NCBI GenBank assembly: GCA_964493715.1
Contig: CAZBPC010000005.1
Location: 1-64,000, forward strand
Length of the DNA: 64,000 bases
Origin: an uncultured archaeon
Lineage (GTDB): Archaea; Asgardarchaeota; Lokiarchaeia; Sigyniarchaeales; SOKP01
Direction of reading: 5' to 3'
In this document: positions 29,301 through 38,435 of the stretch, one piece after another
Layout: each line of letters starts with the position of its first letter
Numbering within the stretch: position 1 is the stretch's first letter
Position numbers and translations under genes: made by a program
Notes under the pieces: generated by a model
Seen by the model: the letters and a program-made list of their open reading frames with translations, nothing else
Told to the model about the DNA's origin: nothing
Databases searched by the model: none

Positions 29301-29716
29301 CTGTTATTAGGTTCTCCTGTTACCTTGTTAAGGAATTCAGATGTACTTAGTTTCTTGTTATATACATTCTCCGGAGGGAATTCCTCAATAAAAGTCTTTA
29401 AAGTATCATGTATTTCCTTAACACTAAACTTATTATTTATATGATCAAAAAGATCCTCCATTAAATCGGTAGATTTTGTCTCCTTTTTATATAACTCAAT
29501 TACATGTTCTTGAATTTTATAAATTAGAGCCATTCCGTTAAGATGACCCGCTTTATATGCCATTTCAGGAAACCTAATAAGGTCCTTTTTTTGGTTAATT
29601 TTTTGTATAAATTTTCTAACGGAATAAATATCACCAGCAAAAATAACATTACCACTATCAGTAAATGAAAAATCTTCAAGATGATATTGATTCCTTGCTT
29701 GTTTTGATAATTTCAC
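26312..29716 (-). CDS. Large GH13 alpha-amylase-family protein with N- and C-terminal extensions
   Basis: DMVPNHTG, RFDAAM, LAEAFW, NNPDE catalytic regions. Confidence 0.88.
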   Translation of the reverse strand: MKLSKQARNQYHLEDFSFTDSGNVIFAGDIYSVRKFIQKINQKKDLIRFPEMAYKAGHLNGMALIYKIQEHVIELYKKETKSTDLMEDLFDHINNKFSVKEIHDTLKTFIEEFPPENVYNKKLSTSEFLNKVTGEPNNSALILEEFIPLWLGNNNPSFTPYLELFNDEKLEKGTKYVEIINEIENFFEERPKFGPKNQNLIKMLEDPIKMHPYSIREQLEYLYENWGDVLGKYSQAILLALDLIREEETFRGLGPGKSKAYSYDMLEMENFTPDKDWMPKVVMLAKNTYVWLDQLSKKYHKSITKLNEIPDEELDQLKDWGFNALWLIGLWERSQASKTIKNWCGNPEAEASAYSLYDYIIAYDLGGQEAFENLKQRALYRGIRLASDMVPNHTGIVSKWMIEHPDWYISLPYPPFPSYTYSGNSLSNDPNYGIFLEDKYFDRTDAAVTFKRVDYSTGETKYIYHGNDGTSFPWNDTAQLNFLKKEVRESVIQTILYVSRMFQIIRFDAAMTLTKKHYQRLWFPEPGTGGAIPSRAEYGIPREDFHNAMPEEFWREVVNRINKDNPDTLLLAEAFWLLEGYFVRSLGMHRVYNSAFMNMLRDEDNAMYRLVIKNTLEFDPKILKRFVNFMNNPDEVTAIKQFGDGSKYFGICTMMITMPGLPMFGHGQVEGFYEKYGMEYRRSYWNEEINLGLLQHHEEIIFPLMKKRYLFAEVKSFLLYDFFTGDTVNEDVFAYSNRVGNERALVIYHNKYAETKGFIKNSVAFALKENGDKKLQQKTIAEGLGLPKDGYCIFKDAIMNLEYIRRNSDIYQQGLYVELHAYHTLVFLDFRIVQDNEFFHYAQLYGFLNGKGTPNIDETLTDIIYGPLHSPIEELVNEKILLKIINHKLKDSEQEKYLSMLNNFLLEVKKYSNSSKNVTPLLNEILTKVKSASKLDGIIKKYLKDDQISILIKDLFPLNAIEWGILYSWIVIHPLGKIVSEEDYELRSRSWIDDWYLSKYIQSMLQQLKKDDIEDISGSLSLIKILIIHQNWLDKIQIKENDELSIINEFFKNPEVQQFLRFNRYQDILWFSAENFEKFIRWLSIISLINLISNGDDLVKPLHKIANLFLKWRETAKNSKYQVNAFLESLQSQV

Positions 29717-29938
29717 TTTTTAATAGTCACTTTTTTTTAATTCGATTCTATTTGCAAATGATTTTCTTCATGACTCATTAAATTTAATAATATACGGTTA
29801 GCTAAATACCTATTAATCTCATTAATAAGAAATTAATAGAATTTTAATCTAACATTTTAATATTTTGAGGATATATGAGGAGAGATGAAATTTTATACAA
29901 AAATATTTTAGTTTTTAATAATTATAATATCCAATTCA

Positions 29939-31339
29939 TTGAATCAAAAAATTCGGATGAAAATGGTTGCAAACCTCGGTGAACTTAATAAAAATGGCAG
30001 AATAATTGGAAGGGCTAATTATATCTTTACACCAGAAATTTCAAGCTCAATAGGATCCATTCACGGTAGTCTATTTAACGTAGATGAAACTACCGTCATC
30101 GGACGTGATTATCATAATGATAGTCGCATGTTGAAGCGAGGTTACACTTCTGGGGTTATGAGTACTGGTGTTAATGTCTTGAATTTACGCGATTGTACGT
30201 ATCCATTACTTCAATTTACTATTAGAAGATTTGGAGCCAGTGGAGGTGTATATTTTTCTGGAGGACACTTATATAGTGAAGATGTCGGCATTAGGTTTGT
30301 TGATGCTGGAGGCATCGAGTTTTCAAAACCAGATATACAAAAGATTATCGAAGCATATAACACTTACCCCAATACTATAAGAAGAGTTGAGCCCAGTAAA
30401 ATTGGTCAAATTACAGCAATTCCACAAACACAAGATGTTTATATTAAGTCCTTGCAGCAATTTGTTGATAAGAAGAAAATTAAGAGTGCTGGATTAAAAA
30501 TTGTGGTCGATTGTTCTTACGGGCCTACAGGAAAGATTACACCATTATTAGTCAACGATGTTGGTGTAGAAGTAATAGCTCTCAATACACATTATAGAGA
30601 ACGATCATCAATTCCCGTACCGAGCATCAACACAATAAGAAATACAGCAGACATAGTTAAAGCTTCAAATAGTCATCTGGGTGTTTGTTTTGATGTTGAT
30701 GGATCTAGAATTCTAGTAATAGATGATAATGGGCTAGAAATAAATTTTGAAGATTTGCTCATGCTATTTATCACTTATGATGAACGAATAAAAAAATCCA
30801 AGTCAAATACAATTATTACGACTTACCATCTTTCTCCAGTTATCAAAAAATATATAGAAGAGAGTGGTTATCCTATTAAACAAGTTGAAAATGATCCAGG
30901 AGAGATTTCCAGACAAATTAGAGAAGAAAGAGCATGTTTTGCTGCTGCAGATACTTTGAAATTTTACTTTCCGCAATATGCACCCTTTTCAGATGGGAAT
31001 TTTATCCTGTTGAAAATTTTAGAAATAATGACAAAAGAAAATGACATATTAAGTTCATTAACAAGAGGATTTCCAAAAGGAATTAAAGTGAATAAAACCA
31101 TTCCCGTATCAGCAAATATAATTCAATCAATTCACAATAAATTAATTGAATTCGCTGAAACTCATAATTTTAAATATCATGATATAATTAATGAATTAAA
31201 AATCCTTAGTACGGATGTTAGTTCGACCATTAAAGTCGCTTTAAATCGGGATTCAATTCTTATATCGTCTGAATCAAGTGATCCTAAAAAATCTAAGGAA
31301 ATGATAGAAGAATTATCAATACTTATAGCCAATTTTTAA
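29939..31339 (+). CDS. Phosphomannomutase-like protein lacking canonical catalytic motifs
   Basis: IGRD..NDSRMLKR and VVDCSYG fold motifs; FSGGHLY in place of TASHNP; DVDGSR in place of DxDxDR. Confidence 0.8.
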   Translation: MNQKIRMKMVANLGELNKNGRIIGRANYIFTPEISSSIGSIHGSLFNVDETTVIGRDYHNDSRMLKRGYTSGVMSTGVNVLNLRDCTYPLLQFTIRRFGASGGVYFSGGHLYSEDVGIRFVDAGGIEFSKPDIQKIIEAYNTYPNTIRRVEPSKIGQITAIPQTQDVYIKSLQQFVDKKKIKSAGLKIVVDCSYGPTGKITPLLVNDVGVEVIALNTHYRERSSIPVPSINTIRNTADIVKASNSHLGVCFDVDGSRILVIDDNGLEINFEDLLMLFITYDERIKKSKSNTIITTYHLSPVIKKYIEESGYPIKQVENDPGEISRQIREERACFAAADTLKFYFPQYAPFSDGNFILLKILEIMTKENDILSSLTRGFPKGIKVNKTIPVSANIIQSIHNKLIEFAETHNFKYHDIINELKILSTDVSSTIKVALNRDSILISSESSDPKKSKEMIEELSILIANF

Positions 31340-31459
31340 TAGAAAAAATTATATTATTTTTTTTACAATCTGAATTGATTCAGTTAAAGATTTAATATAG
31401 TAGTGGTATTATAATAATATTAATTAATTCATATATTAAAAATAAAAGATGATTTAATC

Positions 31460-32149
31460 ATGGCGCTCTTCGATATAAACTCAATAATCGTTTTAATTAC
31501 ATTCATTATCATTTTTGCTGTGTTTTTGGCATTTGATTTGTTCGAACGAAATGAAAAATACGCTTACATGGCTTACATTGTCGCTTTATTACCCGTTAAT
31601 TTCTTATGGCTGCTGAATTTCGATATCTTAGGAGTTTACCTATTATTATTCATCCTTTGGTGCGTTACTTTAATTAGAGACCTTTGGGGGGTAAAAAAAA
31701 AAAAAAAAGAAATTAATGATATTGTCTTGTACATAGCCTTAGCCATTCTCATTCAATTAATCATAACTGCTATTCTTCCAGTATCCGTTCCTACACTACT
31801 CACAAACACAACTCCTTGGTTTGTATTCAATTTACCAGATATTTACACTGATACTTTTACTCCCGAAGCCTGGGTTAATCAAGGAATATTATTAACATTT
31901 AGAATTACAGCAACTATAATGATCATTTTAGTTATTATCCCCTTGATATTAGATATCAAGGATGAAGAAGTCCCTTTACCGATGTTTATTATTATTATTG
32001 CGTTGTTCATCTTGCCATTCCTATATTTGAGCTATTTATGGTTGCCCGAGGCAACGGGAGTACTTACACTCCTCATGAGTGTTATATTATTTATTGTACT
32101 ATTACTTATTACTCGAAGTGGTAAGGAGGAACTTCAGAAAAAAAAATAA
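31460..32149 (+). CDS. Multi-pass membrane protein of unknown function
   Basis: About 7 hydrophobic segments. Confidence 0.75.
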   Translation: MALFDINSIIVLITFIIIFAVFLAFDLFERNEKYAYMAYIVALLPVNFLWLLNFDILGVYLLLFILWCVTLIRDLWGVKKKKKEINDIVLYIALAILIQLIITAILPVSVPTLLTNTTPWFVFNLPDIYTDTFTPEAWVNQGILLTFRITATIMIILVIIPLILDIKDEEVPLPMFIIIIALFILPFLYLSYLWLPEATGVLTLLMSVILFIVLLLITRSGKEELQKKK

Positions 32150-32250
32150 AAACAATTTTTTTATTCTTTTATTAAGATTAGGACATTATTTTTATATATT
32201 TATGAAAATATAATATCAAGAAAACGATTTTTTGAAATAGTTGATTAATT

Positions 32251-33243
32251 ATGGCTAAGAAGAAAGTGCCAACCGATGGAGATGATGTAAATTCAAATTC
32301 TAATCCAACATATGAACTGGATGATTTACCTGGAGTGGGAGAAGTAACTCTTAAAAAATTGAAAGCCTCTGGTATCATGTCTATACGTTTGTTAGCAATG
32401 TATCCTCTCTCAAGATTAATGGAGGATGCAGGTATTGGTGAAAAAACTGCGGAAAAGCTCATAAAGACCGCTCAAGATATTGAACAGATGGGTTTCAAGT
32501 CAGCTGATGTGATTTGGGAAAAAAGAAAAGTGATGCGGAGAATTTCAACAGGAGGTCAAAATCTAGATGATTTACTTGGGGGTGGTTTGGAAACAGGAGC
32601 AGTTACAGAAGTATTTGGAGAATTTAGATCTGGTAAAACACAACTAGCTCACCAATTATGTGTGAACGTTCAACGTTCTTATGAAGATGGTGGTCTTGAG
32701 GGATCCGCACTATATATTGATACAGAAGGTACTTTTAGACCTGAGCGTATTATTCAAATGGCTAGTGCTAAAGATATGGATTATACAAAAACACTTCAGA
32801 ATATTGTTGTTGGTAGAGCATATAATAGTGATCATCAAATACTTCTAACCAAGGAGGCTTCAAAAATAATTGAGGAAAAAAACATTAAATTAGTTATTGT
32901 AGATTCTTTAATCGGTCATTTTAGGAGTGAATATATCGGAAGGGGAACTTTAGCTAATCGTCAACAGATTTTAAACACGCACATCCATGATCTTTTGCGC
33001 ATCAGTGAGATGTATGATGAAATGGCTGTATTATTTACAAATCAAGTTTCTGCAAGACCTGATGTATTCTATGGAAATCCAATAACAGCAACAGGTGGAA
33101 ATATTGTTGCTCATGGTGCAACTATACGGATTTACTTGCGAAAGGGTAAAGGGGAACAACGTGTTGCTAAAATTGTCGATGCACCAAATCTACCAGAGGA
33201 AGATGCTATTTTTTCAATTACAGAGGATGGTATTTCTGATTAG
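32251..33243 (+). CDS. radA: DNA repair and recombination protein RadA
   Basis: N-terminal HhH, GFKSA polymerisation motif, [24 protein letters not shown]. Confidence 0.97.
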   Translation: MAKKKVPTDGDDVNSNSNPTYELDDLPGVGEVTLKKLKASGIMSIRLLAMYPLSRLMEDAGIGEKTAEKLIKTAQDIEQMGFKSADVIWEKRKVMRRISTGGQNLDDLLGGGLETGAVTEVFGEFRSGKTQLAHQLCVNVQRSYEDGGLEGSALYIDTEGTFRPERIIQMASAKDMDYTKTLQNIVVGRAYNSDHQILLTKEASKIIEEKNIKLVIVDSLIGHFRSEYIGRGTLANRQQILNTHIHDLLRISEMYDEMAVLFTNQVSARPDVFYGNPITATGGNIVAHGATIRIYLRKGKGEQRVAKIVDAPNLPEEDAIFSITEDGISD

Positions 33244-33286
33244 ATCAATCATCAATAAATAATATAAAATAAAAGAATCTTAATGT

Positions 33287-33724
33287 TTAAAACTCAATAT
33301 TTACATTTACTTTAATTCCTTCTCTCACTGCTTGAGTTACTGTGCAATATTGTTCAAACATTTTCCTGCATTGTTCTGCTCTCTTCCTGGTATCGGGATC
33401 GTCTATTAATGTTTTAATATTTACATCAATTTTAAGAACCCTTAGAAATCCTTTTTCATTTCTTCCAATATGTATTAGGGCATCGGCTTTTAAATCTTTC
33501 ACCGTAAGATCCTTTTTTTTCAAACAAAAAATGAAACTAGAACTTAAACAACCTAGAAGAGCTAATCCCAAGAGTCTTGAGGGATTAGGTCCAAGCATAT
33601 CAAATTCAGAATCGTGAGTATCATCGATATAACAATCTTTTACTTTCATATCTCCAAGATCGCATTTAAAAATCATTTCTTCATATAAAGAAAGTGCCAC
33701 TTTAGCTGTTATTTCTTCAGAAAT
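33287..33724 (-). CDS. OsmC-like protein; start extended to ATT at 33724 (MSEEITAKV...)
   Basis: GPNP..LL..ALLGC...YCTV OsmC-type cysteines; GGTG ribosome-binding-like motif precedes the ATT. Confidence 0.8.
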   Translation of the reverse strand: MSEEITAKVALSLYEEMIFKCDLGDMKVKDCYIDDTHDSEFDMLGPNPSRLLGLALLGCLSSSFIFCLKKKDLTVKDLKADALIHIGRNEKGFLRVLKIDVNIKTLIDDPDTRKRAEQCRKMFEQYCTVTQAVREGIKVNVNIEF

Positions 33725-33823
33725 TTTTCACACCTTTGATGATGAAACAAAAAGCTTATTATTAATCACAAAATGGATGTTATTCTTAAAAATATCTGAT
33801 TTTAAATATAAATCCATTTTACC

Positions 33824-34414
33824 TTATCGCGTTTCTAATTTTTTTAAATGAAAATGGCGTGCTAAATGAAAATATAGCCCTAAAAAATAAAATAAGATAA
33901 TATAAATATATTCTAGTGCAAAAATGATAACGTTAACCACCATAATAACGAAAATTATCATTTCAATTGCTAAACAAGCTTTATTGGTATAATATTTTTC
34001 ATCAAAAAAAGATTCATTATACTTGTAGTTAGCGAGATATTTAGGTAAATTTTCTAACTCTTCCTCAGAAATTAATAATTTGCTGCCAACTGGTTTTTTA
34101 TGTAAAAAAAATAGATTTGTTCCCCAATCAAATGTATCTATTAGAATGTGAATTAAATATAATATACCACTAAAAATTAAAGCAAGCCAATTAAAAATAA
34201 AACCTAATAATATTATTATAAGACTTGGAATTAAAGAGTGAGTTATCAACATTCTATGATTATGATCTATTGCATACTTTGAGAAAAAAACATCAAAATC
34301 ACAAATAAAGGAAAATATTACTATTAAAATAAAATCAAAAAATGAAAATGAATAGAAATAATTCAATACTGATGCTATAGATACTCCAACAGCAAAATGA
34401 CTATTAATATGGAT
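33824..34414 (-). CDS. Membrane-bound metal-dependent hydrolase-like protein (YdjM-type); start extended to ATC at 34414
   Basis: In-frame upstream HINSHFAVG, DFD, HRMLITHSL, HILID motifs. Confidence 0.65.
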   Translation of the reverse strand: MHINSHFAVGVSIASVLNYFYSFSFFDFILIVIFSFICDFDVFFSKYAIDHNHRMLITHSLIPSLIIILLGFIFNWLALIFSGILYLIHILIDTFDWGTNLFFLHKKPVGSKLLISEEELENLPKYLANYKYNESFFDEKYYTNKACLAIEMIIFVIMVVNVIIFALEYIYIILFYFLGLYFHLARHFHLKKLETR

Positions 34415-34420
34415 AAGTAC

Positions 34421-35410
34421 TCACCCACATTCCAGAATATAATTTTTTTGACACATCCTTTTAAATACTTTTTTCATTGATTTACAACCATTTGTACCTT
34501 TCTTCTCCACTAAATATGATGCTGCTGAAGAAGCATATAAAGCTGCTTTTTCAACTGCTTTCCAAGAAAAATCTGAATTATAAAATTCGTAAAGAAAGAT
34601 TGCGAGATACACATCTCCCGCACCAGTTTCATCTACGACATTATCTGGTGTAAAAGCAGGAATCTTTAAAATATTTTCTCCTTGTTTCTTAATCATTGAC
34701 CCCGCTTCTCCTAAAGTCATGATATATATCCCCCTATTATCAAATTCATTAAAAAATTCCATAACTTCTGATAAATTTTCTTTTCCAGAAAGTATTTTCA
34801 TCTCGATTTCTGAACCTTTGAGTATTAACTTATTCCCGATTAAAGTTATAATCTCTTTAACATTTTTTAATAACTTGTCATCGAATAAATAGGAAACAAT
34901 CCCGTTTTCAGGATCAATCTTACGTATGAAACCTTGTAGATCTATTCCTATATAAGCTTCTGGAAACATCCTCAGAATATCATTTACGTATGCAATTGAT
35001 ATTTCATTACATAATGGTACTAATACTATAATATCAATTGGAGTTTCTCTCAATTTAATAGGAATGTCGATTATATCGAGATTTGGACTTCTAGATTTAA
35101 GGGTAAGAGATCTTGAATGATCTTCGTAATTTAGAATGAAATTCGTATTTAATGAATCAAACCATTTGATTGATAACTTAATTTTTTTTTTCTTTAGAGG
35201 GTTTAATAATCGAGGATCAAAGTTCTGCTTTCCAATATTAGAAATTATTCTAACATAAGCCTTTTTCGTATATTTCCTTAAAGCTAATGATCCAAATGAG
35301 ACACTTCCTCCCAAACTTGGTTTTCGTTTTTTCTTGAATCTAATGATAGTGTCAATTGCGAAATGTCCGATGAATAAAATATTCGTTGATTCGATGGTGT
35401 GATGTGACAT
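34421..35410 (-). CDS. PfkB-family carbohydrate kinase
   Basis: GHFAID, GGSV, DLQGFIR, TLGEAG, DETGAGD. Confidence 0.9.
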   Translation of the reverse strand: MSHHTIESTNILFIGHFAIDTIIRFKKKRKPSLGGSVSFGSLALRKYTKKAYVRIISNIGKQNFDPRLLNPLKKKKIKLSIKWFDSLNTNFILNYEDHSRSLTLKSRSPNLDIIDIPIKLRETPIDIIVLVPLCNEISIAYVNDILRMFPEAYIGIDLQGFIRKIDPENGIVSYLFDDKLLKNVKEIITLIGNKLILKGSEIEMKILSGKENLSEVMEFFNEFDNRGIYIMTLGEAGSMIKKQGENILKIPAFTPDNVVDETGAGDVYLAIFLYEFYNSDFSWKAVEKAALYASSAASYLVEKKGTNGCKSMKKVFKRMCQKNYILECG

Positions 35411-35483
35411 CTTTTATTTGGATAATGTCTTATCCCTCAAAAATTTGACCTTTAAAAGAAGAGTGCATATATTAAAAAATTCA

Positions 35484-36566
35484 CTAAGTTGAAGTTAACA
35501 TTCTGCTTAAATTTTGAATTTCTTGGTCTTTTTCCTTTATTGTAATCTTTAATTTATTAATACTCTTTTGTAATTCCTCCACTAAGTCTGCCATTGGGCC
35601 TGCTGGTTCTTTAGCTTGTATTCCTTGGGATAATTTCATATCAGCAATTAAAGTTTCTTTTTCTTGAATTTTGGACTGAAGTTCTTTTATCTTCATCTCT
35701 GCTTCAGCGTTTGCTAATTCTTGAATAGATTCTTTTGATTGAAATTTTAATGAATTTTGTAATTCAAGTACATCACGTTTTAAATTTTCATTTTCTGTTT
35801 TTAAAACCTTAATCTCTTCAATTTCTAATCCTACACCTTGATTTTCCATTAAACCTATTAATTGAGATTTATCTTTAGAAAGCTGTTCAATTATTTTTTT
35901 ATATTTGTTTAAATCTGTTTGCAAGTCTTGACATAAGGATTCCAATGGTAATGATGCTCCTTTGGAAGGTAACGGTTTAAGCATTGTTTCTTGTGGAGTA
36001 TTTACAGGGGCTACATAATCAGTTGGCACATTTTTAATTTTTTCTAAGATTTGAGCATTTAATTCTTCGTTTTTGGAAGTTAACTCCGCTACATGTTTTT
36101 CTAATGAAAGTATATACATATTCTTCTGATTTATTTGGGAATGTAATTCATTGGTTATATTGGCATTATCTTTTGGAGGAGTAAGTATTTTTACTCCAAT
36201 AGATTCTAATCTTTTTATCTCCTCATCTTTTTCAAGCAATAATTTTATCATACTTTTAACCTTTGTACTAAGTTCTTGATTCTCAATTTTTAAATTACTT
36301 ACACTTAATGTTAAATCCATGAGTGCTTCCTCTTTATCAACTCTCAATCTTTCTTTTTCAGAAGATAGATTTCTTATGATGTCTTCTGTATTACTGATTA
36401 GAGTAATGTTTTCGGAGATTTTTTTTCTTAAATCTTGGTTTTCTGCTTTCAAAACTTCCATCTGTTTTAAAGTATCACCAATAACAGATGGCGAATTATT
36501 TTTCTGTTCATTTTTTTCTTTCCACAAAGTCATAAAATCTTCAATTCTTTCATTATCTTCCGGCAT
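35484..36566 (-). CDS. Long coiled-coil protein of unknown function
   Basis: Heptad-rich E/K/L sequence interrupted by Pro-rich linkers. Confidence 0.8.
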   Translation of the reverse strand: MPEDNERIEDFMTLWKEKNEQKNNSPSVIGDTLKQMEVLKAENQDLRKKISENITLISNTEDIIRNLSSEKERLRVDKEEALMDLTLSVSNLKIENQELSTKVKSMIKLLLEKDEEIKRLESIGVKILTPPKDNANITNELHSQINQKNMYILSLEKHVAELTSKNEELNAQILEKIKNVPTDYVAPVNTPQETMLKPLPSKGASLPLESLCQDLQTDLNKYKKIIEQLSKDKSQLIGLMENQGVGLEIEEIKVLKTENENLKRDVLELQNSLKFQSKESIQELANAEAEMKIKELQSKIQEKETLIADMKLSQGIQAKEPAGPMADLVEELQKSINKLKITIKEKDQEIQNLSRMLTST

Positions 36567-36608
36567 TATTCTTCAAGTATAATTTTAATTTTAATATATT
36601 GATTGAAT

Positions 36609-37484
36609 TTATTTATAGATGATTCCTGAAAAATAGCCTACACAATATCCAAATTTTCCAACAATCTCAGTACTGGTGTAGTGTTTCATCATTTTACCTT
36701 TCTTAGAACCTAATTTAATACTTATTTGGAGTAAGGTTGAAATCGTGTGCTGCCCACATACTGATGCTCTTCTTCCAAGATTTATTATATTTTCTGGTTT
36801 TAGGTTTTCAAAATCTTTTATAACTTTTTCATCTTTTTCCTTGAATTTCTGCAAATCTTCTTCGTCATAAACATCCTCGTGATACAAATCGGAGGAAGCT
36901 ATAACAATAATATCCTTATTTGAAGATTTAATTGCTTGAGCAATATTCTCAGAAATTGCATCAATCGTTTTATAATCATGTGATGATATTTTAACAGGTA
37001 TAATTCTTACATCGTTTTTCCCAGCAAAAAATTTGATAAAGGGCATTTGGAGTTCTATACTATTTTCATCTCTTCCAATGAACGCGGAGTTATCTGCTAC
37101 TAATACATTACTATTTTTCAATACATCTTCAGCTAATTCATTATCAATAATTAAGTTTCCTAAAGGGGTTTCCCATTCTCCTTCCTTTAATAACGAATTT
37201 TTTACAAGTTGACGATGATCAAAACCCAGGACGATAACAACATCGGGGATTTTTTCTTTGAAGAGATTTAGGTAAGTATGAATCGCACATGGTCCAGAGT
37301 AGTCCATCCCAGCATGAGGTGATACACCTCCAATCATAGTTCTCTCAGATAATTTTGGTGAGAGAAATTCCTCACCAGGACCAAATTTATTATCTTTTAG
37401 AAAATTATTCATTTTTTTTGAACATGCTTCTCCAGAATAAGGATACCAACTTCCAGCTAAAGCCATACGTCGAATAATAGTCAT
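36609..37484 (-). CDS. MEMO1 family (AmmeMemoRadiSam system protein B)
   Basis: AGSWYP, PHAG..YSG, WETPLG, SIELQMPF, IASSDLYH, CG, VGY. Confidence 0.92.
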   Translation of the reverse strand: MTIIRRMALAGSWYPYSGEACSKKMNNFLKDNKFGPGEEFLSPKLSERTMIGGVSPHAGMDYSGPCAIHTYLNLFKEKIPDVVIVLGFDHRQLVKNSLLKEGEWETPLGNLIIDNELAEDVLKNSNVLVADNSAFIGRDENSIELQMPFIKFFAGKNDVRIIPVKISSHDYKTIDAISENIAQAIKSSNKDIIVIASSDLYHEDVYDEEDLQKFKEKDEKVIKDFENLKPENIINLGRRASVCGQHTISTLLQISIKLGSKKGKMMKHYTSTEIVGKFGYCVGYFSGIIYK

Positions 37485-37732
37485 GAATTTCTCATTAAAA
37501 CAATTAGTATTTTAATAATATCATTGTCATTAATATAATTTTAAGTTAACTCATCTTTTAAAATAATTCCCGATAAATAACCTATGATATACTTGCAGAG
37601 TCGACTACTCTCACTTTTTTTTTAAAAAGTAAACTGATGTACTGTTTTTCAGAAATCTATAATATCAATCTTAAAGATTATAATAGTTATTGTTATAATC
37701 AACTAATTCCGAATTGAAAGAATTATTAAGTC

Positions 37733-38356
37733 ATGATTAATAGTTCTATCTTGATGAGTGAGGAAAATATCACCCCAATTTCCATAGATGATATTAAAGA
37801 AGAAGATTTACCAGCTAAAATACCCACCAAATTCATTAATTCAAGAGTAATCGTATTTAATCCACTTTTCGCGTCCTATTTATATGTTAAATACAATTTC
37901 TATGGGGCGCCTTTGGGAATAAGTAAACCACGCATGGAATATTTTTCCAAACCAAGTGAATTATCGCTAATAGAAGCATATTACTTATTAAAAAAGGAAA
38001 AAATTACAATCTATGATCCTCAAAAAGGTAAAAACTTAAATTTGGAAGAATTCTTTGATATTGGAAAACAAATTCACCACAAATTCGAAGAAAAGCTTAT
38101 AATATATGAGGACCTAAGAGAAAAAGGTTATATTCCTCGCCCAGGACTTAAATTTGGAGCTGATTTTGTTGTATACAAGAAAGGTCCTGGATTAGAACAC
38201 TCTCCATTTATTGTGCATGTTCTCCCCCATGATTCCAAAATTACTGCAATTGACATGGTAAGAGCTGGAAGATTAGCCACATCCGTGAGAAAAAAGTTTG
38301 TCATAGCTAATCCTCTAACAATCAGTTATTATTTCTTCGAATGGTTTAAACCCTAA
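37733..38356 (+). CDS. endA: tRNA-splicing endonuclease, catalytic subunit
   Basis: LSLIEAYYL, YEDLREKGY, GLKFGADFVVY..GP..EHS, RLATSVRK. Confidence 0.93.
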   Translation: MINSSILMSEENITPISIDDIKEEDLPAKIPTKFINSRVIVFNPLFASYLYVKYNFYGAPLGISKPRMEYFSKPSELSLIEAYYLLKKEKITIYDPQKGKNLNLEEFFDIGKQIHHKFEEKLIIYEDLREKGYIPRPGLKFGADFVVYKKGPGLEHSPFIVHVLPHDSKITAIDMVRAGRLATSVRKKFVIANPLTISYYFFEWFKP

Positions 38357-38435
38357 ATTAGCAATCAATCTCACAAAGAATTATTAATAAATCCCCAAAA
38401 GAAGTTTTATTGTGATGAGATAATTTTCTCGGTTA

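Noticed and set aside
34421-34423. In-frame TGA considered as a selenocysteine codon
   Set aside because: It lies at the natural end of a complete PfkB domain, is not in a redox motif, no SECIS was recognised, and it overlaps a likely ribosome-binding motif
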